Sequence record: MN445184
From: Escherichia phage vB_EcoA_4HA11
Direction: 5' to 3' (one strand)
Length of the DNA: 64,000 nt
Positions 29,820-40,118 of this stretch are shown here, piece after piece (within the stretch, counting starts at the first letter, position 1; each line of letters starts with the position of its first letter). Made by a program: the position numbers and the translations under genes. Under the pieces are notes generated by a model. That model saw only the letters and a list, made by a program, of their open reading frames with translations, searched no databases and had not been told where the DNA came from.

Positions 29820-29897
29820 TGTAATTCTCCTGATTATAAAATCGGTGCGGTTTCCCTTAATTAGCGAAAAGAAAGGGATGCTAACACCCCTTTATTC

Positions 29898-30194
29898 TTA
29901 ACGACGGAACGGGCGAGACGCGTTTTGGCGATTGTTGTAATTCTTATCAAATTGTGCCAACGCCGCCGGACTCCATTCGCGTTCCCATTCTTTGTCAACT
30001 TCGGTTTGGTTGGCAGGTTCAATCATTTCAACAGTAGGAAAATCGCGTTTCATAATTTCACGCAATTGTTCAGAAGGGGCGGTTTGGGCGTGGACTAATT
30101 CTTCACCGTCGTAAACTTTGGCCATCAACCATTTGCTGCCGTAACGGATATATGCGTCGAGGATGATTTTCATAATGTAGTTCCTGCTTTTCAA
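29898..30194 (-). CDS. Hypothetical protein
   Basis: 98-aa ORF. Confidence 0.4.
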   Translation of the reverse strand: MKSRNYIMKIILDAYIRYGSKWLMAKVYDGEELVHAQTAPSEQLREIMKRDFPTVEMIEPANQTEVDKEWEREWSPAALAQFDKNYNNRQNASRPFRR

Positions 30195-30277
30195 GTTGGT
30201 GTCGTACTGCTTATGTTTAGAATTATACGTGGGTTATTGAAGAAGTAAAGGGGCTTTTGCCCCTTTTATTGAATATT

Positions 30278-30916
30278 TTAAGGTGTTGGATTGACAACGG
30301 GAATATGGAACCTGATTCCAGAGACAATGTCCTTCAGCTGAGGCTTCCAGCCGTCCACCAGGCGGGACAACGCGTTAGAACCAGGATAGACAATAATGAT
30401 ATCGCTTCCGGTTACATTATGTTGAGGGAATTGTGACATGTATTGCTCCATCGTCACCCCTGGGTCTATCAACACAGGACCGACATCCGAAGATGCATAT
30501 GTTGCCCCCAAACCGTCGACGCCCCATGCTAGTATTCCATAATCAGGAATATTCGCTTCAGAAGTTATGGTGAATCCGAAGATACGATTCAGCGCAGAAA
30601 AATCATACACGCTGTGAGCACTGTCATATGTCAGATAACCCTTTGACAGCATATCGGCGAATATCGCGTCTGTGTCACCAGTTGCCGGAGTCGGTATGGT
30701 AAACAATAACTCACCAGCAGGAGGGGATGGATACGTGCCGAGTGCATAAAGGCACCAAGCGTCGATGCATTTCTTGATGAATGCTTCCGGCGCGACATAA
30801 TCCGCAAGGCGCATTGTACCGGAATATTCTGAAGTAATGATCCCTTCCTTCGCGCCCTGAATAGCCAGAAACACCATTATGTGTTCATATCCGGTCTGAG
30901 ATGGAGTGATATTCAT
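30278..30916 (-). CDS. Hypothetical protein
   Basis: 212-aa ORF, start abuts the upstream gene stop. Confidence 0.45.
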   Translation of the reverse strand: MNITPSQTGYEHIMVFLAIQGAKEGIITSEYSGTMRLADYVAPEAFIKKCIDAWCLYALGTYPSPPAGELLFTIPTPATGDTDAIFADMLSKGYLTYDSAHSVYDFSALNRIFGFTITSEANIPDYGILAWGVDGLGATYASSDVGPVLIDPGVTMEQYMSQFPQHNVTGSDIIIVYPGSNALSRLVDGWKPQLKDIVSGIRFHIPVVNPTP

Positions 30917-31533
30917 TATCTGGTCCTCTTGAGTTTCTCAATCGTGCGCTTATTCATGGCGATCACTCCTGGGTCGACCTTTGGGTTTATTGCCATGCTT
31001 TTGAAAGACACACATCGTTGAAGATATTTAGCCTTCTTCACGACGTCGGCTGCATAAGAATTGGATTTCTGGTTACGATTGAACCCAGCATTGTAAGAGG
31101 AAAGGGATTTGCGGATGTTTTGGTTGTGATATTCTAGCCAGAAATTCATTTCATCAAGGGCAGCATTGGCAGCATATTCTTGATTGACCAGTAATTTGAT
31201 CGCGACATTGGCGTAACACTTCTGTGTTTTGCATCCCTCCCGTTTCCCGACGGTTTGGACGCGATTTTGAAATGCCCCCATATTAGCCGATTTGAGGTTA
31301 TTCCGCATGGATACAACATCTTCTCCGGCGCGGCTTTCCCTCCATGATATTGCGGCGAGGGTGAAACCAAGGTCTTGTTGTTTTCCCACGTGATAGGCTG
31401 TGGCCATGGTTGAAAGTTGTTGATCAGAAAACTCATAATCACATTGGGTGGTACTTTGGGAAGCGTGCACACTCCCGCTGGCAATGGTAAAGGTCACGGA
31501 CAAGGCCATGGCCTTCAACGTTGTCATCGTCAT
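30916..31533 (-). CDS. Secreted lytic transglycosylase-like protein (SLT domain with signal peptide)
   Basis: 205 aa; N-terminal MTMTTLKAMALSVTFTIASGSVHA signal peptide; AISWRESRAG (catalytic Glu-Ser), NMGAFQ and SSYNAG are SLT-family motifs. Confidence 0.55.
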   Translation of the reverse strand: MTMTTLKAMALSVTFTIASGSVHASQSTTQCDYEFSDQQLSTMATAYHVGKQQDLGFTLAAISWRESRAGEDVVSMRNNLKSANMGAFQNRVQTVGKREGCKTQKCYANVAIKLLVNQEYAANAALDEMNFWLEYHNQNIRKSLSSYNAGFNRNQKSNSYAADVVKKAKYLQRCVSFKSMAINPKVDPGVIAMNKRTIEKLKRTR

Positions 31534-31629
31534 GATGGCGTTCCTTATGTGTTTGTCGACTTGCAGCTCGCTGGAGCCTCCTGACAGGGTTAAAAGATAA
31601 AGGGCACGTGATATTTAGTGCCCTTCACC

Positions 31630-31914
31630 TTATTCGTAGATCAGATGGTATGATTCCTCGATGCATTCCAACCAACCGTAGACAAATTCCATAGGATCAT
31701 CCCAAGCTGTATTGGAAGCAATAGTGAAATTCCCGTCCAAGATTTGCATGTCAGTATATTTGTTGAAACCTAACACGGCATCAACGACTATTAAGCCACC
31801 TTGCTCTAGATAACGCTTTGGGGTCAACGTCACCTGATAATGTTTGTTTCGCTGATTCCATAACTCGACAGCGATATCACAAGCAATCTGAATTTCATCT
31901 TTCTCTTCTGACAT
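31630..31914 (-). CDS. Hypothetical protein
   Basis: 94-aa ORF. Confidence 0.4.
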   Translation of the reverse strand: MSEEKDEIQIACDIAVELWNQRNKHYQVTLTPKRYLEQGGLIVVDAVLGFNKYTDMQILDGNFTIASNTAWDDPMEFVYGWLECIEESYHLIYE

Positions 31915-32224
31915 ATGTTTGTCTCAAATATTCAGTAAAAGATTTACCCAACTTACGGAATAGTTTAATACGACCGATCACTTTGACATAAACATCTCCA
32001 TGACATGGGCGCGGCTTACACCAGCATCCCAAGGTCTTTCCATCTAATTCAAGGAGTTCATCTTCGGTGATATCCCCTTCAATCAGGCGCACATACAAGT
32101 CGTCTTCAAACAACTCAATACAGTTTCCCCGCCCGTGGTCTTTGACCTCGAACGGGTTTCCCCATTTGCCAGGACGGCCAATGTAGACGTCGTGTGGTTC
32201 CTTCTTGAAGTGGACGACTTTCAT
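31895..32224 (-). CDS. DUF4326-like protein
   Basis: 109 aa; PGKWGNPF...GCWCKP...CHGD pattern recalled from the DUF4326 family. Confidence 0.45.
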   Translation of the reverse strand: MKVVHFKKEPHDVYIGRPGKWGNPFEVKDHGRGNCIELFEDDLYVRLIEGDITEDELLELDGKTLGCWCKPRPCHGDVYVKVIGRIKLFRKLGKSFTEYLRQTYVRRER

Positions 32225-32379
32225 ATGATTGTATCAGCTAACCAGTATGCTGCCCAAACGCTTACACCACCGTACATAAAACCATAGATAATTTCTCCAG
32301 AGTTTATGTGGCGTAAACACATATTCACAGAACAAATTGTGATTAAAATCAAAAATACCAAACAAATAGTAGCCATCAT
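32221..32379 (-). CDS. Small membrane protein (52 aa), below ORF-track size cut-off
   Basis: Translated by hand: MMATICLVFLILITICSVNMCLRHINSGEIIYGFMYGGVSVWAAYWLADTII. ATG overlaps the TGA of the upstream gene; its own TGA overlaps the ATG of the downstream gene; two hydrophobic helices. Confidence 0.4.
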   Translation of the reverse strand: MMATICLVFLILITICSVNMCLRHINSGEIIYGFMYGGVSVWAAYWLADTII

Positions 32380-32690
32380 GACATATCCTCATAATTAGAT
32401 AGATTGATCAAGAAGGACAGGTTCCGGTCATATATGAGGTCAATGGCCTTGCGGCTACCCACAGCCTCACATGTCCAATAACTGTAATTCCCTGCGATCT
32501 TCAATGCTAGTCGGACGACATGACGCCTCATATTGTACTGAGCCAACTGATATCGGGCGCGTGTCTTCTTGCGCCAGCATTGATTCTCCGCTTTGTACTT
32601 GTAGAGGATCATCAGGCGAACGGCTTTGTACAGGCGCTTTTCAGCGCCCTTGGATTTCTTTGATACACGAATCAGGCTACCCATGATCAA
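32376..32690 (-). CDS. Hypothetical basic protein
   Basis: 104 aa, K/R-rich; immediately downstream of gp46. Confidence 0.4.
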   Translation of the reverse strand: MIMGSLIRVSKKSKGAEKRLYKAVRLMILYKYKAENQCWRKKTRARYQLAQYNMRRHVVRLALKIAGNYSYWTCEAVGSRKAIDLIYDRNLSFLINLSNYEDMS

Positions 32691-35020
32691 TCCTTCTTAA
32701 TCACTTCGGTCATGCCATTACGCAGACCATAACGAATGTTATGTTGGAAATATTCTTGGAACTCCTGTTCACGCTGACTGATGACAAACAGATTGTTCCC
32801 ACCAAATTTATGTTTCAGCATCTCAACCGATTCTTGTACGCCACGCTCGCTCATGTTCTCAAGGATTTCATCTAACACAAACAGGTTACATTGCACCGAC
32901 GCCTTGAGGTTGGCCACGTCCCGTAGGGCTAATGTCACAGCCAGATTGAGTCGGCTGCGTTGTCCTGTAGACAGGGAGAATATGCTTTGCCCTTTACGAC
33001 CTGCAGCGCTCATGGTGATTTCAAATGTATCATCAACAGCAATATCCAAGAACATATTGAGTGCTTCAAGATACTCGTTTATTTTACTATTGAGGAAAGG
33101 CAAATACAGGCTGATAATTCGAGCCTTGGTCTGATCATCTTTTAGGAAGAACAGAAGATGGTTCAGGTCTTGCAATTTCTCATCCAACTCTACGCGCCGC
33201 GCATTCAGATCTTCCATTAATGCCGTGATGCGAGCGATCTCTCCTTCCAGGGCTTCAGTTGGTGTCGGCTTAACCGCCAATTTACGCTCTAAATCGGCAA
33301 TGGATGCCTCTAGAGGGGCACGGCGTGATTTCAGGCTGGTGAGTTTATCAGCCGTGTCGTTGATACTCTTAGAGAGCTGCTCACGCGCTTGACGGATTGA
33401 CGTCGTGATATCTTCGTAACGGGTGTCTACGGCCTTGAGGACGTCGTTAATTTTGGACTGTTGTTCCCGCTGTAAAGATGTTTTCTCAACAGCAGCGACA
33501 TCATAGAATCCTTGGATGTCGCGTTTTAATGTAGCGATCGCCGATTCCGCTTCTCGGATTTCATTGCGCAAAGCATCCAGTTCTTTGTCAATAACCGAAA
33601 TCTGAGAAGATAATTCTGAATCTCTGACATTGTAATTCTCAATCAGGGAATTCACTTCTTCTAGGGCTGTATCAACCTGAAGAATCTTGTCAGTCAGTTC
33701 ACTGATTTGTGGATAATATTGACTTTCAATGCGTGATTTGGTATCGTCCGACACTAATTGCGTACACGTAGGGCAAGTGCCCATATCGTGGAAACGTTTG
33801 ATGGCAGATTCATGTCCTTCCATTTCTGTTACGAATTTGATACGGAAGTTCTCACCCTGCTGACGCCGCGCTAATGCTTTGTTCAGTTCATCCAGGTTAG
33901 CATTCCGTTGGCTGACCAGATCATTTTTACGTTCCGCGACTACCGCCATTCTCTCCCGAATTTCTTGTAATGAACGTTCGCCATCAGACACCTCGATACG
34001 TTCATAGTCTTCAGCCTTGGTATCAGCATCATCCTGAACTGCTTGGATTTTGGCCGCATACTCTTCATTGATGGAATCGATATCCACCTTCATTTCAGCG
34101 TTCAGGCGATTACGGACTTCTGATAATTCAGTTTCTAATTTAGAATCTTGGGCACGGAATTCCGTCAGTTCGTCTTGAGAAGCACCAATATCTGAATTCA
34201 AACTATTCAGACGTTCCTTCTCTTGGACAAGGATATCAGCAGATTGTTGCTGGATCATCGCATTGGAATTATTGATCTGTTCCAACTGCGCTTGCTGGCC
34301 TTTTAAATTTACATCATGAAAGGCGTAATCATTGGTGACCGTCGTGAGTTCATTCGTTACTGTCTTGATAGATGCTTTTACATCTTCATTCATCAGACTG
34401 AAGAACCCCAAATCCCAGATTGTCTCTACCATAGCGCGACGGTCGGCAGTGTACATTTCCGTGAATGGGATGAACTTCTCTTTGCCCAGAACCAGGGAGT
34501 TCTCAAACATCTTCTGGTCCACGCCAATCAGGTTCACAATATATTTGTTCATGTCGGCTTTGGCCGCATCATTCACGACCTTCTTCCACTCACCGTCTAC
34601 CATCTGATAGACTTCTACGAAATCAGGTTTGATACCACGACGGACTTTCCATTCACTTCCTCGAGTGGAGAACTCAACTTCACCCACGCATTCCTTTTTG
34701 TTTTGGGAATTGACTAATCCGGCTTTCTTTTCTTTCTTGCTGTATGTGTCATTATACAGAACGAAGAACAGCAGCCAGACAAGCATGGTGGATTTACCAG
34801 CGCCATTGTCATCGGATGTAACCAAGGTTGCCGAATTGCGTTGGTAATCAATTTCCATGAATTCATTACCGATAGAACGGAAGTTTTTAGCGCGACCGCG
34901 ATGGAAAGTCAGTTTGTGGGTAATTTCCCCACGGATTTCAAATGGTGCTTCAACAGAAACAGGAGTGTCCGCTTCTTTCAGAAGGGAACCGAATTTAGAC
35001 AGTAGATCTACATTGCTCAT
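32687..35020 (-). CDS. 46: Recombination endonuclease subunit gp46 (Rad50/SbcC-like ATPase)
   Basis: 777 aa; Walker A DDNGAGKSTML, long coiled-coil middle, C-terminal signature/Walker B region LFVLDE; follows gp47 as in T4. Confidence 0.85.
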   Translation of the reverse strand: MSNVDLLSKFGSLLKEADTPVSVEAPFEIRGEITHKLTFHRGRAKNFRSIGNEFMEIDYQRNSATLVTSDDNGAGKSTMLVWLLFFVLYNDTYSKKEKKAGLVNSQNKKECVGEVEFSTRGSEWKVRRGIKPDFVEVYQMVDGEWKKVVNDAAKADMNKYIVNLIGVDQKMFENSLVLGKEKFIPFTEMYTADRRAMVETIWDLGFFSLMNEDVKASIKTVTNELTTVTNDYAFHDVNLKGQQAQLEQINNSNAMIQQQSADILVQEKERLNSLNSDIGASQDELTEFRAQDSKLETELSEVRNRLNAEMKVDIDSINEEYAAKIQAVQDDADTKAEDYERIEVSDGERSLQEIRERMAVVAERKNDLVSQRNANLDELNKALARRQQGENFRIKFVTEMEGHESAIKRFHDMGTCPTCTQLVSDDTKSRIESQYYPQISELTDKILQVDTALEEVNSLIENYNVRDSELSSQISVIDKELDALRNEIREAESAIATLKRDIQGFYDVAAVEKTSLQREQQSKINDVLKAVDTRYEDITTSIRQAREQLSKSINDTADKLTSLKSRRAPLEASIADLERKLAVKPTPTEALEGEIARITALMEDLNARRVELDEKLQDLNHLLFFLKDDQTKARIISLYLPFLNSKINEYLEALNMFLDIAVDDTFEITMSAAGRKGQSIFSLSTGQRSRLNLAVTLALRDVANLKASVQCNLFVLDEILENMSERGVQESVEMLKHKFGGNNLFVISQREQEFQEYFQHNIRYGLRNGMTEVIKKD

Positions 35021-35022
35021 TA

Positions 35023-36138
35023 TTATGCATCCAATGTGTTCAGGCGTTGTTGGGCAGCATTATAGAATTGTTCTGCTAATTTGCAAACATTTTCAGGGCG
35101 CTGGATATTATTGGCGGCGCGGATATCTTTCTTCAAGACTTCCACCGCATCAGTAGCCACCATCTCTTCAGTGACTTCTACCTTCTCGGAAGCAACAGTA
35201 ATCGTCCGATCGATGAAGTTGTAATCGATGCATTTACAGCGCTTCAATGCGTCACAGAACTTTTCATAATGCTTGGCATTGTCACGGTTCTGTACAATCA
35301 CCTTAACGATTTGCCCTTCAATACCCAAAACATTGTTTAACCAATCGGGGTCGATCCAATTACCTTCAGTATCAGAAGACATTTGGGTGTAGTCGTATTC
35401 CACGAACCGGAACAACGTTTGTTGTTCGTTGTTGGGGATAAACAATTCCCCGCCATTCATGTCGTCTACATAGAATCCTCGGTTCGTCCCGTCTTTGTGG
35501 TCTTCCCAGGTAAGGTGATAAGGAGTCCCAATATACTGAATGTTACCTTCCATCGAACGGGTATGGAAATGTCCGGTATCCACGCGCTCGAATTTCGAAA
35601 GGAGCGCCAAGTCGATCTGACCTTTATCACATACAGAGGACTGGTACATTTTGAACCCTGCCAACTCCAGATGCGCAAAACAGTACTTGGCGTCTGTATC
35701 TTGTATCGCTTTAATGGACGCATCATAGTTCTCTTTGTTAATCCACGGCAGTAGGAGGGTCTTGACACCTTCAATCATTACTTCAGTTGGTTCGCTGTAA
35801 TAATGATAAACATCCGGTGCCAATTCATTAAGATAAGAAGGCCAGTTAATACGATTGGACTCTTCTAACGTGATATCATGGTTGCCGACGATGCCATTCC
35901 ATTTAATACCTGCTTTGCGCAGCGCTGGCGTCAATTCATCTTTCAACCAATCTTTATCGCGACCATACATGAATTTGCGAACATCAAACGTATCACCAAA
36001 TTGCCAAACTTCTTTAATATCGGCGTCAACCAATTCTGGAATAAAATAATTGATGAGATAATTCTTTATGAATTCTCGAACGTAACGGGAACCATTACGG
36101 CTCCCAATATGTAAATCGCCAATTTTAGCAATCGCCAT
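35023..36138 (-). CDS. 47: Recombination endonuclease subunit gp47 (Mre11/SbcD-like phosphoesterase)
   Basis: 371 aa; calcineurin-like phosphoesterase motifs IGDLHIG, GDTFD, GNHD, GHFH. Confidence 0.85.
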   Translation of the reverse strand: MAIAKIGDLHIGSRNGSRYVREFIKNYLINYFIPELVDADIKEVWQFGDTFDVRKFMYGRDKDWLKDELTPALRKAGIKWNGIVGNHDITLEESNRINWPSYLNELAPDVYHYYSEPTEVMIEGVKTLLLPWINKENYDASIKAIQDTDAKYCFAHLELAGFKMYQSSVCDKGQIDLALLSKFERVDTGHFHTRSMEGNIQYIGTPYHLTWEDHKDGTNRGFYVDDMNGGELFIPNNEQQTLFRFVEYDYTQMSSDTEGNWIDPDWLNNVLGIEGQIVKVIVQNRDNAKHYEKFCDALKRCKCIDYNFIDRTITVASEKVEVTEEMVATDAVEVLKKDIRAANNIQRPENVCKLAEQFYNAAQQRLNTLDA

Positions 36139-36931
36139 TATTTTGTTGCTCCCGTTCTAATGCTCGTTTCTTTGCTTCTTCCCAATCTGGTTCCATAGAA
36201 CATATTTCGTCTTCCAGATTGAATTGAGTAGAGCCGAAGTCATAGTCTGAATTATCTTCGGCGTCGGCGGTAATGGTATTTTCACTCTTTGTGAGACATT
36301 GAAGTATACCGCGAGGAATTTTCTTATTCTTTTCCTCTTCTTTGATGGCGATTTGCTTTTGGCGTTCCTTTTCGCGCTGGGCTTCTTTCTTAGTTTCAAA
36401 ATTTCCGATACGCTCACGAAAGTCCATTGTTATACCAGTGCTGTCTACGAATGTCTGTTGCTGGAAGTCTGGGTCATCTGATAATGCAGCGAAACCACCT
36501 GCTTCTTCAAATGAACGCAACTTGATATAATTGTGTTCTTCTTCACTGGTGAGTTTCTTGGCGAATGAACGATCGGCGCACATCGTTACCCAAGAGAAGA
36601 AATTGATTTTTCCTTTCTTGCCGATATGACTGACGTCAAATGTATGGAGGTAACGAAGGATGTTGACAACGGCCTCACTGACCATGTCTTCGCGGTATGG
36701 ATAATCACGATAGTTGTAGCGCATACTCATGTTCTTAATAATCATCTGAACATTCATGGCCACATAATTGGGGATTCTTGGTAGGGGTGTTCCTTCGGCC
36801 AAAGCCTTTTTGCGAGCCGGAATCCAATCTCTCAATATTCCAACAACACGGTCATTATCTTCGTCTGTGAAATATTTGGTGACGTTATCACCCCTGTCTA
36901 CAAAATTCATACCCATCGTGATAATCCTCAA
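36125..36931 (-). CDS. 55: Late-transcription sigma factor gp55-like, with C-terminal extension
   Basis: 268 aa; RYNYRDYPY...ILRYLHTFD...NFFSWVTMCADRSFAKKL parallels T4 gp55 RFNFSGY...IKGLHNFDE...AYITQACFNAFVQRIKKE; sits upstream of 47-46 as in T4. Confidence 0.65.
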   Translation of the reverse strand: MRIITMGMNFVDRGDNVTKYFTDEDNDRVVGILRDWIPARKKALAEGTPLPRIPNYVAMNVQMIIKNMSMRYNYRDYPYREDMVSEAVVNILRYLHTFDVSHIGKKGKINFFSWVTMCADRSFAKKLTSEEEHNYIKLRSFEEAGGFAALSDDPDFQQQTFVDSTGITMDFRERIGNFETKKEAQREKERQKQIAIKEEEKNKKIPRGILQCLTKSENTITADAEDNSDYDFGSTQFNLEDEICSMEPDWEEAKKRALEREQQNNGDC

Positions 36932-37455
36932 ATACCAATGAATTCATTGAAAGAACCAACGACTTTCTTGACCGAGAAACGGTTATTTTCAAGAACCATT
37001 GAACTATCTTCTTTGGCTCTAACGCTCCACTGATCCGCAATTTCGTTGCCCATCGTTCCTGCATGACCTTTCACCCATTTTAATTCAAGTTCACAAATTG
37101 AACAAACTTTGTCATAATAATCGAACAACTCGAGCAGAAGTTCTGTGTTCTTAGGCGGCATTCCTTCATATTCCCATTTACGACGCCACTCCAAAACGCT
37201 ATTGATAACATATTGGCTGTCGGATATAATGCGGGCTGGGGGAATGCAGCGTTCACCACAATTAGAGAATTTCCATAGGATCTTCATTGCGTTTATAACC
37301 CCGAGTAACTCAGCTATATTGTTCGTTGACGGCGGGGGTAAATACCCATAAAACACTTTCCATTGCTCTCCAGTGATTGGACTGATGGCAAATGCCCAAC
37401 CAGCGGCTCGTGTCTTCTGAGGGGACGATGCCCCGTCAGTGTATATTTCAATCAT
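36928..37455 (-). CDS. Ribonuclease HI
   Basis: ORF track 36928..37470; ATG 37455 (MIEIYTDGAS). RNase HI motifs IYTDGAS, NNIAEL, KWVKGHAG, GNEIAD. Confidence 0.75.
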   Translation of the reverse strand: MIEIYTDGASSPQKTRAAGWAFAISPITGEQWKVFYGYLPPPSTNNIAELLGVINAMKILWKFSNCGERCIPPARIISDSQYVINSVLEWRRKWEYEGMPPKNTELLLELFDYYDKVCSICELELKWVKGHAGTMGNEIADQWSVRAKEDSSMVLENNRFSVKKVVGSFNEFIGI

Positions 37456-37497
37456 GTATAAGTATCCCAAACTGGTTTTATCGATGAGGAACGAATC

Positions 37498-38265
37498 ATG
37501 TCAGAACGCGCATATCGTTTCAGTCTGACCGCCCCAGAAATTGAGCGTTTGCTCTTGTCCATAAACGACTCCATCCAAAAGCTGGACATCGTATATGACT
37601 ACACGGCGGGTGGGACTGAAGGTCAGGTCGCAGCTGCGTCAGCTGTCAAAAACATGTGGCTAAAACTTAATGAGATGGTCACAGGTGAAGGTCTTAAAGA
37701 CGCAATCAATGCAGCTAACGACAGCAACGTATTCACCGATTATTATAAGTCTATTTTAGATCGCGAAACTTGGAAATTTATTGGTTCTCCGGCAGATTTA
37801 TTAGCAAGGGACGATATAGACACTTCCAATTTTGAAGGCGGTGAAGTAATCCTCCTACAAAAGAACGCTTCGGGCAACCCAGAATTCCAATACTGGAAAA
37901 GAACTCCTGTGGCAGGAGGTGATCCAATATTTGGTTGGGAATCTGTTTATGAAGGAAACTCCAACGACTCTTCTATTGATATTCCGGTTGTTGGGACCAG
38001 CATACTGAAGACAATCCCAAAAGCATTGTTTCATATGGTCGAATTCCGAGTACACGCTCGAGAGTCTACCCTCGGTCATTGGCAGGACACTGATGGCAAA
38101 ATCGGTTATCGTGGTGAAGATCTGATTTATAGCCTGTATAATCATGTTCAAACCAAACCGATCGCAAATATATCTTTCAGCCAAGATGTGGACAATATGA
38201 TTATCACGATAACGACACTTGAACCAAATATCAAGTGCCATTTATCGTTTATTGCGGGTTATTAA
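37498..38265 (+). CDS. Hypothetical protein (plus-strand islet)
   Basis: 255-aa ORF with GAGGA SD; no exact late promoter found upstream. Confidence 0.45.
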   Translation: MSERAYRFSLTAPEIERLLLSINDSIQKLDIVYDYTAGGTEGQVAAASAVKNMWLKLNEMVTGEGLKDAINAANDSNVFTDYYKSILDRETWKFIGSPADLLARDDIDTSNFEGGEVILLQKNASGNPEFQYWKRTPVAGGDPIFGWESVYEGNSNDSSIDIPVVGTSILKTIPKALFHMVEFRVHARESTLGHWQDTDGKIGYRGEDLIYSLYNHVQTKPIANISFSQDVDNMIITITTLEPNIKCHLSFIAGY

Positions 38266-39983
38266 ACCTCAAACACTGCATCGGTGAACCAGGTTGGGAA
38301 GAATTCTGGGTTGCGCATCATAAGAGATTCAAAAGATGAATCAATGATGTATGTCGCAGCCCAGTCATCAACACCCCTGACCGAACGCCCACACATTTGA
38401 ACAATGCGCAGTACTGCATTGCGGAAATATGCCGACGGATCCACTGAATTGATATGTGCTATCAGTGGATCGCCCAGATAATCATAAGGGACTTTGATCA
38501 GTATTTGGAAACGGCTGTAATCCCCTTTGAAATCATAACCTTCTTCCATAGCCGGACTGGCAATGACGCATGGGGACTTTGTTCTAAAAGCATTTTCCAT
38601 AATATCCATCAACGCCTTTCGGGTACGCGGAACATGGATAAAATTCTGATATTTGCTGAATTTTTGTATTGCCAAGGCGCGATCATAACTCACTGTATGG
38701 ATAATGCCGGACTGACCTGGGTGGAACGCGATTATTTCATCAATATATTCCGTCAACCTTTTCATTTCATAGTCGCCCATATTGTTAGTCATCTTCACTA
38801 TGGGCATATAGTTGACTTTTCTGTTTTCAATTGGGATAGGATTGCCGATCTGAATGGAATGATAATCCCCCTGTCGAATACCCAATGAACGAGCATACGA
38901 ATCTATACCACAGATCGTTGCTGACATATGAACGTGATAATCGGCTTTTCGGAATAACCCGAATTCACTTACATCAGAAGGCATAACGGGTTTAAACCGA
39001 ATAAAGTCATCTCCCTTTTCCTGTACGATAAAGGTGCTGGCCTTTGTCTGAGACATAATACCACAATAATCACTCAAGTTATGCAAGACATCTATAATGT
39101 CTGCGAGTTTCATCACTTGGCTTTCACTCAGGCGGTCATCTTCAACCAATTCTTCAAGAACTTCCAACAAAGACTCCACTTTAAGATGGAGGTCTTCAAA
39201 CATCGAATGCATTTCACCAGACAAAGAATACAACTTGCCCAAGACATAGTCCTTGGTGCGTTCTACGATATCGGCAATGATAGAGACTATCTCCTTCCCT
39301 TCGGGGATAGTTCGCAGTCCGTCCACAGCCTTTGTATTGTATTCCATTATCGTGTGCTCTAGGAGCGTAGAGGGCATCTTATGACACTCGTCTAAGATCA
39401 GCATATCGGAACGGTTTTCAGGCTTCATACAGATGGTGGTGCACATCTCAATCATCATAGCTGCATTAGTGCAACGCAATGACGAAATATCAGTCCATAA
39501 ATTGCGCGCCTGTACATAAGGACAACGGCGTTTGCTACAATGCCCGTCGCGGCATGCTATACGGCATTGGACAGCGTTGTAATACACATCTGGGTGTACG
39601 TGGCAACGATAGTTCTTCTTGCCTTTCAGGATGTCTATCGCCACCGCCTTTTCAGCAGCATACTGATCTTGTAGACCTTTGGTAGGCGTACTGATAGACG
39701 TGCGGAATTGTCCATAAGGATCGGCCTGTAAAACCAAATGACGAATCACTTTATGAATTGTTGTCCCAATCAAAGATTTCCCCACGCCAGTTGGGGCTTC
39801 AATGATTACGTGTTTGACCTTTTTGTTGATAAGCGCATCTATGGCTTCGACGATGCATTCCATCTGGCCTGGGTTCGCTTTGTCATATGGGAATTCATCT
39901 TTGGTAAGGCGTTGTATTTCTTCCACAGGAACCTTACGGCCTATGGCGTCAATCGCCTTTCGGTGTTGATTAAATGCTGTCAC
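38262..39983 (-). CDS. SF2 DNA helicase, Rad3/XPD/DinG-like with Fe-S cysteine cluster
   Basis: 573 aa; Walker A APTGVGKS, DEAH-type box ILDECH, four Cys between them (CHVH...CRIACRDGHC...C). Confidence 0.65.
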   Translation of the reverse strand: MTAFNQHRKAIDAIGRKVPVEEIQRLTKDEFPYDKANPGQMECIVEAIDALINKKVKHVIIEAPTGVGKSLIGTTIHKVIRHLVLQADPYGQFRTSISTPTKGLQDQYAAEKAVAIDILKGKKNYRCHVHPDVYYNAVQCRIACRDGHCSKRRCPYVQARNLWTDISSLRCTNAAMMIEMCTTICMKPENRSDMLILDECHKMPSTLLEHTIMEYNTKAVDGLRTIPEGKEIVSIIADIVERTKDYVLGKLYSLSGEMHSMFEDLHLKVESLLEVLEELVEDDRLSESQVMKLADIIDVLHNLSDYCGIMSQTKASTFIVQEKGDDFIRFKPVMPSDVSEFGLFRKADYHVHMSATICGIDSYARSLGIRQGDYHSIQIGNPIPIENRKVNYMPIVKMTNNMGDYEMKRLTEYIDEIIAFHPGQSGIIHTVSYDRALAIQKFSKYQNFIHVPRTRKALMDIMENAFRTKSPCVIASPAMEEGYDFKGDYSRFQILIKVPYDYLGDPLIAHINSVDPSAYFRNAVLRIVQMCGRSVRGVDDWAATYIIDSSFESLMMRNPEFFPTWFTDAVFEV

Positions 39984-40035
39984 GTTGTTCCTCCTTTGGA
40001 TTCTGTTATAGTTTACCCGAATCCCAACAACGAAA

Positions 40036-40059
40036 AAGCCGAGGCATTAACCTCGGCTT
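40036..40059 (-). terminator. Hairpin terminator downstream of the HU-like gene
   Basis: AAGCCGAGG-CATTAA-CCTCGGCTT followed by TTTTTCG on the minus strand. Confidence 0.6.
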
Positions 40060-40118
40060 CTCCTTTTAGCCTTGCGCCGCTGCACTGCAGACATGCGCTG
40101 GGCCGACGCCTGGTGTGA

